From: Promethearchaeia archaeon
Lineage (GTDB): Archaea > Asgardarchaeota > Lokiarchaeia > Sigyniarchaeales > SOKP01
Reading direction: 5' to 3'
Length of the DNA: 64,000 bases
NCBI GenBank assembly: GCA_029856045.1
Contig: JAHQWG010000016.1
Span: 128,001 to 192,000, forward strand
Part shown: positions 20,893-31,546 of the stretch, piece by piece
Numbering within the stretch: position 1 is the stretch's first letter
Layout: every line of letters starts with the position of its first letter
Program-made: the position numbers and the translations under genes
Notes under the pieces: generated by a model
Seen by the model: the letters and a program-made list of their open reading frames with translations, nothing else
The model's database searches: none
Told to the model about the DNA's origin: nothing

Positions 20893-22611
20893 TTGAGGAT
20901 TTTGCATAAAGAGTACCCTATTCACTGGCTTGAAGAAATTATCAATAAAATTCAGGACAAAAATTTATTAGAAATTACTTTAGCTACTGGCAAAACCCCC
21001 TCTGGACATATTCATATGGGGATTTTAAGAGAACTAATAATATGTGATTCAATTCGTAGAAAATTAGAGGAAAATAGAAAAAAGGTAAATTTTTTCTTAT
21101 TTATTGATAGTTTAGATGCTGCTAAACGATTTCCTGAATATATTGATAAAACTTTTACTAAAAAATATTTAGGAAAACCATTCTCGAAAATTCCGTGTCC
21201 AGTAGATGAAACAGGTTATAATAGCTATGCTGATTATTTTGGAACAGAACTCCTCTCGACCTTTAAACAATTTGGAATAAAAGCTGATGTAATTTGGACT
21301 CATGAATTATATCAAGATACAATAATGAAGGAGAAGATAAGAATCTCATTAAACAATACTGATAAAATCAAAGAGATAGTTAGAAAAAATATTTTACCAA
21401 CTTTAGACGAAAGAAATAGAAAATTATTTATAGATACTCAAAAGAATTGGTTTCCAGCAATGGTTATTTGCGAAAAATGCGGCAAAATGCAAAAAATAGA
21501 TGATGATAATTCAATAAAACCTAATCGTGTTTTATCTTATGATAAAAATAAAGATACTGTTACCTATTATTGCACATCATGCGGTAATAGCGGAGAAATT
21601 CCAATTAATATAGGAGAATTAAAATTAAATTGGCGGGTTGATTGGCCTGCTAAATGGGCAATATTTGAAACTACTTGTGAACCTGCAGGGAAAGACCACA
21701 GTGTAAAAGGAGGATCTTATGACACGGGTTTGGAAATATGTAAAGCTATTTTCAATTATGATGGACCAATCAAATTAAGTTATGAATGGTTAAGATTGGG
21801 CGATCAGGATATGAAAACATCAAAGGGAATAATCTTTACACCAAAAAAATACCTTGAAATAGCTGATCCCGAAATTTTACGTATGGTATTTTTAAGAACT
21901 CCTCCAAATAAACACATTTCATTTAGAATTGAAGAATTATATCAACTTTACGACTCTTATGAAAAAATGGAAAACGTTTATTATAATTTAGAACCTGCTA
22001 ATTCAGAAACAGAAGAAAAAGTTCTAAAATACATTTATCCACTTTGTCAAATAAATAGTATTTCAGCGAAAAAACCTCTTAGATTACCTTTTAAATATTT
22101 AACTACTATAGTACAATTAAAAAACATACTTAAAATCGAGGAAATCTATGAAAAAGCAAAAAATATTTTAAGATATAAAGGTTTTAATGAGAATCTTCCT
22201 TTTAATGACTTTAAAATACAATTAAATAGGGCAGAAAAATGGATAAACGAAATTAAAGATATTTTTAAAAATGAAAAAAATGAATCCATTAAAAAAAAAA
22301 TATTGAAAAAAGTAACAATATTTGAAGTCCCTGATACCGTTACAGAAGATATCAAAAATAATTTAAGTCCCACTCAAAAATTAGGAATAAAATTATTAAA
22401 GATGTTTTTAATCTCAAATAAGGATTTAAGTGATGAAGTAATTCAAAATAAAATTTTTGATATAGCTAAAAATGAATTAAAAATTAAACCCCAGAAGTTA
22501 TTTAAAGCAATTTATTTAATAATAATAGGAAAAGAATTTGGTCCAAGATTAGGCCCATTTCTTCTAATGTTAGATAAACATTGGTTAATAAATCGTTTAT
22601 CTATTGAATGA
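20893..22611 (+). CDS. lysS: Class I lysyl-tRNA synthetase
   Basis: TPSGHIHMG, WRVDWPAKW, EPAGKDH, MKTSKG, GPRLG. Confidence 0.95.
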   Translation: MRILHKEYPIHWLEEIINKIQDKNLLEITLATGKTPSGHIHMGILRELIICDSIRRKLEENRKKVNFFLFIDSLDAAKRFPEYIDKTFTKKYLGKPFSKIPCPVDETGYNSYADYFGTELLSTFKQFGIKADVIWTHELYQDTIMKEKIRISLNNTDKIKEIVRKNILPTLDERNRKLFIDTQKNWFPAMVICEKCGKMQKIDDDNSIKPNRVLSYDKNKDTVTYYCTSCGNSGEIPINIGELKLNWRVDWPAKWAIFETTCEPAGKDHSVKGGSYDTGLEICKAIFNYDGPIKLSYEWLRLGDQDMKTSKGIIFTPKKYLEIADPEILRMVFLRTPPNKHISFRIEELYQLYDSYEKMENVYYNLEPANSETEEKVLKYIYPLCQINSISAKKPLRLPFKYLTTIVQLKNILKIEEIYEKAKNILRYKGFNENLPFNDFKIQLNRAEKWINEIKDIFKNEKNESIKKKILKKVTIFEVPDTVTEDIKNNLSPTQKLGIKLLKMFLISNKDLSDEVIQNKIFDIAKNELKIKPQKLFKAIYLIIIGKEFGPRLGPFLLMLDKHWLINRLSIE

Positions 22612-22661
22612 AAAGTTTTTTTACAGATTCATTTTTTGTTGTGCTTTTTCTGTTATTTTTT

Positions 22662-22859
22662 TTAAACTTTCTTTCTAATTTTATTCTTAAATCGTTTAAA
22701 TATTGATCCTTTCATTTCTTTTTCTTCTTTTTCTTGCTTGATTTTTTGGGAGCATTTATCACAATATTCTTTGGTTTCTGAAATCATCGTGTTGCATTTT
22801 AGGCAATGCTTATGTGGATAGATCCATTCATTTTTTTTATACTTTTCAAACTTACTCAA
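22662..22859 (-). CDS. DUF2116-like Zn-ribbon protein
   Basis: PHKHCLKC..I.....YC..C. Confidence 0.7.
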   Translation of the reverse strand: MSKFEKYKKNEWIYPHKHCLKCNTMISETKEYCDKCSQKIKQEKEEKEMKGSIFKRFKNKIRKKV

Positions 22860-22938
22860 AACAGATTCACCTTATCATAAAATAATTTAGCTAATTAAAA
22901 AAATTATTGACTTTTTAAAGGATTTATTAAAATAATGA

Positions 22939-23565
22939 TTGATGATTGAAAAAAAAATATTTAAGGAAATCTTATTTTCTTTTAAATTAATTTTAATTTT
23001 AATAATTATATTAATGCCTTTTTTGCTTTTTAAAGAAAATTTATATGTAATTACTTCAAATTCAATGTATCCTAATCTAAACATTGGAGACCTTATTTAT
23101 GTAGAAAAAAAAAATAGCTCAAATATAAAAGTTGGATTTAATGAGGGAGACATCTTAGTTATCCAAGGTCCTGATTATTATTATGAAAATGGTTTAAATC
23201 CTATTTTTTTTAACAATTTATTGAATAATACTCCAATCATTCATCGAGTAGTGGGGAAAATACAAAAAAATGAAAAATATTATTTTTTATTAAAAGGAGA
23301 TAATAATCTTTTAGTTGATGGAGCCTATAAATTAATTAATAGTTCTGAAGATTATAGTTATTTTTTCATTGAATATAACAAATCAGATGCTATATATGTT
23401 AGCGAAGATGAAGTTTTAGGAGTGTTTATATTCAAAATTCCTTATATTGGGTATTTAAAAATATTTTTTCCGTATATTTTGATTTTTGTTATCTCTATAA
23501 TCATAATATTAATCTGGTTAAAATTAACTGGTTATAAAATTAAAATAATTAAAACCAAATCTTAA
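22939..23565 (+). CDS. Signal peptidase I (S26B, Sec11-type)
   Basis: SNSMYPNLNIGD, IIHRV, KGDNN, IPYIG. Confidence 0.9.
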   Translation: MMIEKKIFKEILFSFKLILILIIILMPFLLFKENLYVITSNSMYPNLNIGDLIYVEKKNSSNIKVGFNEGDILVIQGPDYYYENGLNPIFFNNLLNNTPIIHRVVGKIQKNEKYYFLLKGDNNLLVDGAYKLINSSEDYSYFFIEYNKSDAIYVSEDEVLGVFIFKIPYIGYLKIFFPYILIFVISIIIILIWLKLTGYKIKIIKTKS

Positions 23566-23623
23566 TTAAAATCACGAAATTCTTCGGAATTTAAAATATT
23601 CTTTCTAAATTGAATATAGAATA

Positions 23624-24808
23624 ATGATAAAAAAAGGAAAATATAATCTTTTCTCTTTTTCTATAGAAAATGAAATGATTATATATTATAGTAAAAACAG
23701 AATGAAAAAATTGGTTATTTTTAATCTTCTGAAAACAAATAACTTAGAAAAGATGATTCCGCTTTTAAACACCTTATTAAAGAAGGGTTTGATAAAATAT
23801 TATTCCATTCAATTTTTAAATAAAAATCATCTAAAAACTTTTATTTTATTAAATTACCAAAATAAGACAAAAGAGAATATTTTAAAGTCTATAAATAAAA
23901 TTAAGGAAGAAATAAAAGAATATACAATAAAAAAACCTTTACATATAGAATTTTTAACTGATAATGAATTGAAGAGAGAGTTTATCAATATCATTCTTGA
24001 AGAGGATTTAGATAAAACTCTAAAAATAAATATTAGAAAAAAATTCTGTGTTATAAGAAATAATAAAAATATTCAATCTATTAAATTATATTCATTATAT
24101 TTTATTCAGGATACGCTAATTGAGTCTATTTTAAATATATTTTTCAACCTTATTACTGATTTAGGAATAAAAGGAAATTTAATTTTAAATTTTAAATTAA
24201 AAAATGGAAATATCATTTTTTCCTCATTTTTTGTTAAATATTCTTATAATAAAGAGATAGCCTCTAAAAATGTTGAAACTGTAAATGAATTTATTTCTAA
24301 TGAATTATACATAAAGGAGCAGAAAATTAAAATAAATATGATTGGATATATATTATGGAGATTAAATTTTACTAAAAATTATTCAGATTATGATAAAAAT
24401 AAAGGCTTAGTATTCTCTTTATGTAGTGTTATTAATCAAAATGAAAAACCATCGGTCTTAAATGGACAAAAAAGATCATTATCGCCAATAAGTAAAAATT
24501 TTATGACTCTTCTCATAGAATTTCTAAAAAGAAATAATATTGAGTTTAATAAAAAAGATTCCCACCTAATAGAAATAAAGAATCAATATATAATTTTATC
24601 AATTGATGATTTTAATCCATTAATAATCAATGATATCTTCCAAAAATATTATCAAAATCGAATTATTTATATTATATTGCATGATTTATTCTTTTTCAAA
24701 AAGTTAGTATTAGAAACAAAAATCACTAATCTTTTAGGAGTTAAAATATTCAATCCAATAAGCTTCATTAAATTTTTGAAAAAAGCAAATTCATTAATGA
24801 TTTATTAA
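23624..24808 (+). CDS. Hypothetical protein
   Basis: 394-aa ORF, no recognised motif. Confidence 0.55.
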   Translation: MIKKGKYNLFSFSIENEMIIYYSKNRMKKLVIFNLLKTNNLEKMIPLLNTLLKKGLIKYYSIQFLNKNHLKTFILLNYQNKTKENILKSINKIKEEIKEYTIKKPLHIEFLTDNELKREFINIILEEDLDKTLKINIRKKFCVIRNNKNIQSIKLYSLYFIQDTLIESILNIFFNLITDLGIKGNLILNFKLKNGNIIFSSFFVKYSYNKEIASKNVETVNEFISNELYIKEQKIKINMIGYILWRLNFTKNYSDYDKNKGLVFSLCSVINQNEKPSVLNGQKRSLSPISKNFMTLLIEFLKRNNIEFNKKDSHLIEIKNQYIILSIDDFNPLIINDIFQKYYQNRIIYIILHDLFFFKKLVLETKITNLLGVKIFNPISFIKFLKKANSLMIY

Positions 24809-24876
24809 ATTATATGCTTTGTTCAAAACAATCAATATTTTAACTTGAGAAAAGTGATATTAGTAATTAAAAACAA

Positions 24877-25140
24877 CTAAAAAATTCCTAAATCTATAGC
24901 GAGATCAGAGGCTGAGTTATCTGGGTGAAGTTTAATAAACGCTTTTTTTTTCCCATCAGGTGTTATTAGAGTATTTATTTTTACAACTTTAACTTTATGT
25001 ATTCGTTCAATTGCCTTTTTAATTTGATTTTTATTTGCTTTTCTTTCTACATAAAAAACTAGTTTGTTTTCATTTTCTATTAAATCAAATGTATTTTCAG
25101 TTATCAATGGCTTTTTAATAATTTTATAATCATTTTCCAT
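24877..25140 (-). CDS. rpl23: Ribosomal protein uL23
   Basis: PLITE, ANKNQIK, GKKKAFIKL. Confidence 0.97.
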   Translation of the reverse strand: MENDYKIIKKPLITENTFDLIENENKLVFYVERKANKNQIKKAIERIHKVKVVKINTLITPDGKKKAFIKLHPDNSASDLAIDLGIF

Positions 25141-25144
25141 AAAA

Positions 25145-25933
25145 TTACACCAATATTTTTAATTGATTTAAATCATTGAAAGCATTTTGTGCCCATAATA
25201 CTAGTCTCCCTGGAATTCCACCAGGGGCAAAATCAATAGTTGATACATTATTTATATTTTTAATATCTACTCCAGGAATATTTCTTGCGGCTTTATATAT
25301 CCCAAAATCTTCTTTTATGATGATCAAAATACCTTTTTTATTTTTATATTTCCTACCTCTCCTTTTACCTTTACCAGCTCTAATTTTTTTTCCTTTTTTA
25401 AAACGTTTAATCTCATTCTCTAATCCTAATTTTGTAAAGATTTCCATTATTTTTTTAGTATTTTTTATAGTTTGAATTTTATCATCTATAACTAACGGAA
25501 TTTCAGGGATATTTTCAATAGAATACCCTCTTTTTTTGACCCAATTTATATCACCAGAGGCAGAAATTGATGATATTAATGCAATTGATTTTTCTTTTTT
25601 ATTTATTTTTTTAACTATTTTTTTTATGGGTTTTGGAGCATGTGCTAATCTCCCTCCTTTTGCGGAAGGAATAAATCCTGCATTTCTTGAAGTTAAAAAT
25701 CCTGAACCTTGAATCCTGGGCACTCTAGCCATCCCAAACCCAGTTCCCCAGCTACGAGCAGTATTTCTTTTACCAGCAAGGGGATCTTTTCCTTGTTTTT
25801 GTTTACTTTGACTAAAATGGGCATTTATTGCTCTTTGAATCAAATATAACTTTGGTTTTTCCTTAAATATCTGTGGTATCGAAATTGATTCTTTAGGTTT
25901 TCCATTTAAATTGTAAATATTTATTTTTTCCAT
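25145..25933 (-). CDS. rpl4: Ribosomal protein uL4
   Basis: SWGTGFGMARVPR, KGGRLAH, IRAGKGK, APGG..GRL. Confidence 0.97.
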   Translation of the reverse strand: MEKINIYNLNGKPKESISIPQIFKEKPKLYLIQRAINAHFSQSKQKQGKDPLAGKRNTARSWGTGFGMARVPRIQGSGFLTSRNAGFIPSAKGGRLAHAPKPIKKIVKKINKKEKSIALISSISASGDINWVKKRGYSIENIPEIPLVIDDKIQTIKNTKKIMEIFTKLGLENEIKRFKKGKKIRAGKGKRRGRKYKNKKGILIIIKEDFGIYKAARNIPGVDIKNINNVSTIDFAPGGIPGRLVLWAQNAFNDLNQLKILV

Positions 25934-25946
25934 AATGCATCAATTC

Positions 25947-26966
25947 TTATTTTAATTGTTGGCTTTCTCGATTAACATATGTAATTTCTACTTGTGAATC
26001 AATAAATTTTTGAGCGCCTCTATTGGTCTTTCTAAATTGTATTAATCTTTTTTTGGGTCCGGGTACAGAACCTAAAAGCATGATGTAGTCACCCTTTACA
26101 ATGCCATATCTAATAAATCCACCTTTTGGATTAATTTCTTCGCCGTTCTCACCAATTTGCATAATTCTTTTATGGTATTCCGTTCTTTGGTGAAAACCCA
26201 TTTGTCCTGCTCTTGGAACTGTATATAAAACTCTAGCGGGATGCCATGGACCGATGCAAGCAACCACTCTCCTAGCTTTACTATTTTTTCTAGATAAAAT
26301 AGTAATTCCAAATCGTTTAACTGGACCTTGGAAACCTTTACCTTTTGTAATACCAATAACATCAACTAAATCTCCAAGTTTGAAAACATCTCGAACTCTA
26401 ATTTCCTTTCCCAAATTTTTAAAAGCTAAATTTAAAGCTTTCTTTGGATCATTACCATTAGAAATTTTTATTTCAATAATATCTGGTTTTTTCCGTGGTA
26501 ATGAAGCTTTATGAGGTTGAGTTTGAAAAATTCCAAAAATCTCTGCTCCCTCTTGGATTTTTTTTTCAATTTCTTTTTTATCTTCTTCTGGATTAAAATT
26601 TTCTAATTTAATATTTTTAATCTTTCTTTGAAGATATTTATTAATTTCTTTAGTGAAAATATCTCCAATTATATATTTTCCATAGTTATCTTGATTATAT
26701 ATTCTAATTCCAATTAGTATTACTGGAGGAGTATCGATGATAGTAACTGGTTTCATTAATTCTTTACCAAATGTAGAACTATATTTATAATCATCGATAT
26801 ATGTAATATGCGTCATTCCTGCTTTAAATCCACAAAAACCCAAAAAACTTGTTTCTCCCTCATGATATCCCCAATGTTTAATGTGCCCCTTTATTGAAGA
26901 TGCTCGTTTTCTAGGTAAAAATGCAAGAGAGCCATGCCTTGGCGCGTGTTGCTTTCGATGTCCCAT
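25947..26966 (-). CDS. rpl3: Ribosomal protein uL3 (start at the MGHRK ATG)
   Basis: PRHGSLAFLPRKR, GFKAGMTH, TKGKGFQG, IGPWHP, RAGQMG. Confidence 0.97.
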   Translation of the reverse strand: MGHRKQHAPRHGSLAFLPRKRASSIKGHIKHWGYHEGETSFLGFCGFKAGMTHITYIDDYKYSSTFGKELMKPVTIIDTPPVILIGIRIYNQDNYGKYIIGDIFTKEINKYLQRKIKNIKLENFNPEEDKKEIEKKIQEGAEIFGIFQTQPHKASLPRKKPDIIEIKISNGNDPKKALNLAFKNLGKEIRVRDVFKLGDLVDVIGITKGKGFQGPVKRFGITILSRKNSKARRVVACIGPWHPARVLYTVPRAGQMGFHQRTEYHKRIMQIGENGEEINPKGGFIRYGIVKGDYIMLLGSVPGPKKRLIQFRKTNRGAQKFIDSQVEITYVNRESQQLK

Positions 26967-27267
26967 TTTGTTTAACACCTAAATTAAATAGATAAAAGAA
27001 ATAAAATAAATAAATTTTTTGATACAAGAAAAATTAAATAAGATTAAAATAAGATTAAAATAAGAAAATGTTGATAGATTTCTTGAAATTGTTAAAATTA
27101 GAGAAATTTTATCACTTAATTAATTTTTTGATTAATTGTAAAGATTTTAACATTTTTATCTTAAAGCTTAATTTTTTTAAATATTTCTATCTCAATTCAT
27201 TTTTAATTTGTTCCCTCCCTCCCTCCTAGGAATAAACTTCTTTTTAAAGGAAATCTTGTTCTATTAG

Positions 27268-28398
27268 ATGGTAATCTCCTTTTCAAAAAATGAAATAAAA
27301 GATTTAAGTCTTTTTATTAATAAAAAGGGTGTTTTATTTAATTTGTATCATAATTCAAATTTTGAAAGAAAAATCTCTAATAATTTACTTACTTCTTGTC
27401 CAGAATGTGGTTGTAAAATAATTAATTCTGATTTTGAAAGAGTATGCAAAAATTGTGGACTTGTTATCGGTGAAATTTTCAGTGATCATTCATATATAAT
27501 GAATAATACGATTGAATCATATAATTTATCAAATAAGCAATATGTTGCGTTAGGAGAGCGAATTAATTTTATTGGGGGATTGGGAACTTGTATAGATTTT
27601 GAGAATTCTTATTATCTTAAGGATAGAAACGGCAAGTTATTATCTCCAAATAGTCAAAAATTATTTCGTCGTTTAAAAAAAAATTATTCTAAATTTATTA
27701 GAATTAAAAATTTTGAAACAGAATATAGAATTTTAAAAATTTTAAATAATGTTATTTCATATTTAAATTTAAATAATAATATCAGAAATAATGCAGCATA
27801 TTTTTATAGGAAAATAATAAAATCTGCTCCTAGAATAATTAATAATATTTCACTCATCGCTTTTTGTCTATTTTATTCATTAAGACAGAATAATGATTAC
27901 ATTCCACTATCAATAAAAGAGATTTCGGAGATTTTTCAAATAATTGGTCACCGTGTCACACCTCGATTAATAATTCGTGATGGAATCATGTATAAGAAAT
28001 ATCTTGATAAGAAGGATTCCTCCCTTAAAAGTGAAAAATATCTACCAAGATTAATTAATGAAATTGTTGCCCATAAATCTTTAAAAGAACGTTTAATCAA
28101 GAAGGAAATTAAATGGAATCTTAGTAATTATAAGAAGGAATTAACAATAATGTCAGAATATTTGCTAAAGAATCTTAATCAAAAACAAAGAGGTGGAAGA
28201 AATCCATTAATTCTGGCGGGAGCAATAATTTATTGTGCAGATAAGATTTTAGCAATTAAAAATTCTCAAAAAAAGATTTTAACACAAAAATTGATATCGT
28301 TAGCTACAAAAATTGCAGAATATTCAATCAGAGATCACTATGTGTCATTATTAAAACCCATCTTTCTGGCAAAAAATTTAAATAAAATTCCCAAGTAG
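27268..28398 (+). CDS. Divergent TFB/TFIIB paralog
   Basis: CPECG..CKNCGLV Zn ribbon, cyclin repeats, GRNP, IAEYSIR. Confidence 0.8.
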   Translation: MVISFSKNEIKDLSLFINKKGVLFNLYHNSNFERKISNNLLTSCPECGCKIINSDFERVCKNCGLVIGEIFSDHSYIMNNTIESYNLSNKQYVALGERINFIGGLGTCIDFENSYYLKDRNGKLLSPNSQKLFRRLKKNYSKFIRIKNFETEYRILKILNNVISYLNLNNNIRNNAAYFYRKIIKSAPRIINNISLIAFCLFYSLRQNNDYIPLSIKEISEIFQIIGHRVTPRLIIRDGIMYKKYLDKKDSSLKSEKYLPRLINEIVAHKSLKERLIKKEIKWNLSNYKKELTIMSEYLLKNLNQKQRGGRNPLILAGAIIYCADKILAIKNSQKKILTQKLISLATKIAEYSIRDHYVSLLKPIFLAKNLNKIPK

Positions 28399-29682
28399 AT
28401 AAGATCCTTCTATTTTTTCAATTTTAATATTAATAAAACTTCCAATTTTTCCTTCATTGATATAAATTGGAACATAATAAATATTTTTTCCAAAGAATAA
28501 ATTTTTTCTTATCTTTTTTGTAATTAAAATTTCACCCTTCCAATTTATCCACTTTCTAAAATGCTCCAACTTTGTTCGATTATAAAGATTACTCAGTTCT
28601 CTCGTTCTTAGTTTAATAATTTCACTTTTAATCTGTGGTTTCTTTTTTGCAAGAGTTCCAGGCCGAGGTGAGAATTTTGAAATATTAAGAATTTCTGGGT
28701 TTAACCATTTAATAAACGAAAGAGTTTCTATAAATTCCCTTTGATTTTCCTCTGGAAATCCACAAATAATATCTGTTTCTATAGTTAATCCAGGAATTTC
28801 TTTTTTTAAATTTTTTAATTTTTCTTTTAATGTCTGAATTTCATAATTTCTACCCATTTTTTTTATTATCTCATCACTTCCAGATTGAATTGGAATATGT
28901 AGGAATTTGTATAATTTCTCATTTTGATAAAATTTGATAAAATCATCAGAAAAATCAATGAAAAATGCTGGATTTATCATTCCTATTCGTAAATAAAATC
29001 TCTGATTCAAAGTTAAAATCTCTCTTAGTAAATCTATAAAATTTAATCCATTATAATAATAACAACTACAATCCTGAGCCGTTAAGAAAATCTCTTTTTT
29101 TTCACCTCTTAATTGATATTTTACTTGATTTAAAATGCTCTCTAAATCAAAACTATATGATATTCCTCTACTATTTTTAACACAACAGTAAGTACAACTC
29201 CCCAAACAACCCTCAGATATGGGGATTATTGCTGTAGTATTATTTTGTGGATAATTTAAAAGAAATTTGGATTTATCAATTCTTTTTTCAGATTTTATAA
29301 TTATATTTGTTTTTCCTTTTAATATCTCTTCTAAGATTAAATTAATTTTATGAATACTGTCAACATCAATTATTGCTGAAAATGATGGAACTAAGTTAAC
29401 AATTTTCTTTAAAGTACTATTAGTGATTTGAGGCAAACAACCTGTAATAATTATTTTTTTTTTTAAAAATTTTTGAGAGAGAATTTTCAATTGATGCATG
29501 ATTTTATTCTCAGTCACTCCCTTGACTGCACATGTATTAATTATAATAAAATAAGAGTTTTGGATTGAAGTTTCAGTAAAATTATTCTTCTTAAGGATTT
29601 CTCGTATTATTTGAGAATCTACTTTATTATAGGCACATCCATAGGTTTGTAAGTAGAAAGTTTTTTTTTTCACAAAATTCAC
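28378..29682 (-). CDS. mtaB: tRNA threonylcarbamoyladenosine methylthiotransferase (MtaB/CDKAL1-like radical SAM)
   Basis: TYGC, NTCAVK, TGC, EGCLGSCTYC, LRIGMINP, HIPIQSGS, FSPRPGT. Confidence 0.85.
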   Translation of the reverse strand: MNFVKKKTFYLQTYGCAYNKVDSQIIREILKKNNFTETSIQNSYFIIINTCAVKGVTENKIMHQLKILSQKFLKKKIIITGCLPQITNSTLKKIVNLVPSFSAIIDVDSIHKINLILEEILKGKTNIIIKSEKRIDKSKFLLNYPQNNTTAIIPISEGCLGSCTYCCVKNSRGISYSFDLESILNQVKYQLRGEKKEIFLTAQDCSCYYYNGLNFIDLLREILTLNQRFYLRIGMINPAFFIDFSDDFIKFYQNEKLYKFLHIPIQSGSDEIIKKMGRNYEIQTLKEKLKNLKKEIPGLTIETDIICGFPEENQREFIETLSFIKWLNPEILNISKFSPRPGTLAKKKPQIKSEIIKLRTRELSNLYNRTKLEHFRKWINWKGEILITKKIRKNLFFGKNIYYVPIYINEGKIGSFINIKIEKIEGSYLLGNFI

Positions 29683-29816
29683 AAAAAATATTTAAATCGT
29701 ATAAAAATCTTACTAAATTCCATAAATAAGTTTTATTACTTTTAAGGAGGAATCCGATGTATCTGATTTCTTTTTTTCCATTATTTTAATCATCAATACT
29801 TAAACAAATTAAATAA

Positions 29817-29912
29817 TGCTTCTGGGGGGATTTGAACCCCCGTCAGGAGGGTGAGAACCTCCGATGCGTTACCCTAAATTTTATTAGTTTGACCGAGCTA
29901 CACTACAGAAGC
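29817..29912 (-). tRNA. tRNA-Glu(CUC) with 21-nt intron at 21/22 (29868-29888)
   Basis: Acceptor GCTTCTG/CAGAAGC, anticodon arm GGAGG-TTCTCAC-CCTCC, T arm GGGGG-TTCAAAT-CCCCC; AT-rich hairpin in the D loop. Confidence 0.9.
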
Positions 29913-30002
29913 ATAAATGACCTTATCAATAGAATTTTTTCGAAATTAAATATATAAAAAATTTGGTATTGGATTTGAGATTATAATATTCTTATCCTTT
30001 AT

Positions 30003-30407
30003 TTAAAAAGAATTTTTTCTTAGTTTCTCTATTAAATTTAGAAAATTTAATAATGTAAACGAATAAGATTCTAAATTTTTTATTTGATCCTCATCTTCCA
30101 ATTTACTTAATAGCCATTTAAATTTATTAATTAAAATATTCTCTAATTTTTTAGTAACTTCAGTATAATTACTTAATGTTGGCTCTTTTGTATATTTTAA
30201 ATTTTCTACACTGATGTCATTATACTTCTTAATTATTTCTTCTCCTTCTTTAACAATTCTTACTTTCTTATTACAAATTGGGCAGAAAACATCTTCACTC
30301 TTGAATTTAAATAAAGGAGAATTACAAACAGGACAAGCCTTATTTAACATTGTTGAGCCTTTTCTTAAAAGTTCTGCCATTTTTTTAAAATCTTTTTCTT
30401 TAAGCAT
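30003..30407 (-). CDS. UPF0148 / Sjogren autoantigen-1-like Zn-finger protein
   Basis: MAELLRKGSTML...CPVC.SPLF.....FCPIC. Confidence 0.85.
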   Translation of the reverse strand: MLKEKDFKKMAELLRKGSTMLNKACPVCNSPLFKFKSEDVFCPICNKKVRIVKEGEEIIKKYNDISVENLKYTKEPTLSNYTEVTKKLENILINKFKWLLSKLEDEDQIKNLESYSFTLLNFLNLIEKLRKNSF

Positions 30408-30433
30408 TTTCTTTACAATTATACTCTCTTTTT

Positions 30434-30637
30434 CTAATTAGATTCCTTTTTTTCTTTTATATTAAGCAGATTTACAACATATCCGGCTATTCTATTTCTT
30501 AAGTGTTTTGAATCTATCTCCGCATACTTATTCAATAAATCTTTATTTTTATTAAAGTCGGTAGTAAAAATATTCGGATATTTCTCAATTAATTCTTTTG
30601 AAATATTTTTTATTAAAATAGTTCTAATTTTTCCCAT
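30434..30637 (-). CDS. rps17e: Ribosomal protein eS17
   Basis: MGKIRT, FTTDF..NK, SKHLRNRIAGY. Confidence 0.97.
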   Translation of the reverse strand: MGKIRTILIKNISKELIEKYPNIFTTDFNKNKDLLNKYAEIDSKHLRNRIAGYVVNLLNIKEKKESN

Positions 30638-30759
30638 TTTTTCTTAAATTCCTCTAATTTCAATAATAATATGAATATTTTATTATAAATCTTAAATTTT
30701 TTGTTTTTAAAATAACATCAATTATTTATTTTAAAATTATATTCTTCTATAAAAAATGT

Positions 30760-31101
30760 TGATGACAAATGAAGAGCATACCCACCCTTTAGTTTTATTT
30801 TTTGTCACCAAAAAAAAATTCGGATATTAAACTAATTCGGCATACCTAAAGTTCAAATCCAAAATTTCATCACTTTTATTTTGCCTTTCTCCAAGATTTT
30901 ATATCGTTTCAACATATCCCTAATAATAAATTTTCCTTGAATTTCTAAACAATCTCAAATCATTAAAATCAAATTATAGGGCTGTTCCGTTTCTATAATT
31001 TATAGATGATTTCTCATCATTTAATTAATCTTGTTTGGATATGAGGGGTGAAGTTCCTCATTGTAGATACAACGTTAATCCGAGCTCTTCATTTGTCATC
31101 A
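30760..31101 (-). ncRNA. rnpB: RNase P RNA
   Basis: 18-bp perfect terminal P1 stem; P4 halves GAGGAACTTCACCC and AACTAAAGGGTGGG; conserved TGAGAA, AGAAAC and TGAAAC segments. Confidence 0.85.
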
Positions 31102-31216
31102 TTTAATTAAAGAAAATCATTATTATTAAATATTTTTCATAGCTAGATTCAAAAAATAAGTATTTTTTATCCAAAGAAATTTAAATCAAAGGAATTTAAA
31201 GGTTAGCAATTAATAA

Positions 31217-31546
31217 TTAAATCAAGCTCTTTATTTCAGAAAAAGTCTCATCTCTTAATCTCTCGACATCTTGTAACTGAATTTCATCTGCTTGTTTAGC
31301 AGGAACTTTTAAATTTACAACTGAATTGATAGCTTTTATTTCTTCTGAAGAAATAGTGAATTCTACACCTAATCCCTTTACAATTATTGAAATTTTAATT
31401 GGAAAAAATTGAATTTTGATACTTCTTACGATTCCTACTTTTCTAGCATAGGAATCAATTACTTCAAGACCAATTAATTTTCCTGGTGCAGGAAGTTCAT
31501 ACAATTCTGTTTCGATTGTAGTATTAAGTATTTTATCCAATTTCAT
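31217..31546 (-). CDS. PRC-barrel domain protein
   Basis: KLIGLEVIDSYARKVGIV. Confidence 0.7.
   Translation of the reverse strand: MKLDKILNTTIETELYELPAPGKLIGLEVIDSYARKVGIVRSIKIQFFPIKISIIVKGLGVEFTISSEEIKAINSVVNLKVPAKQADEIQLQDVERLRDETFSEIKSLI

Noticed and set aside
27036-27070. AAATAAGATTA tandem repeat
   Set aside because: Fewer than three copies with no spacers; not a CRISPR array. No CRISPR was seen in the window.
30760-31101. 18-bp terminal inverted repeat resembling a MITE
   Set aside because: Explained as the P1 helix of RNase P RNA; P4 and other conserved segments lie inside.
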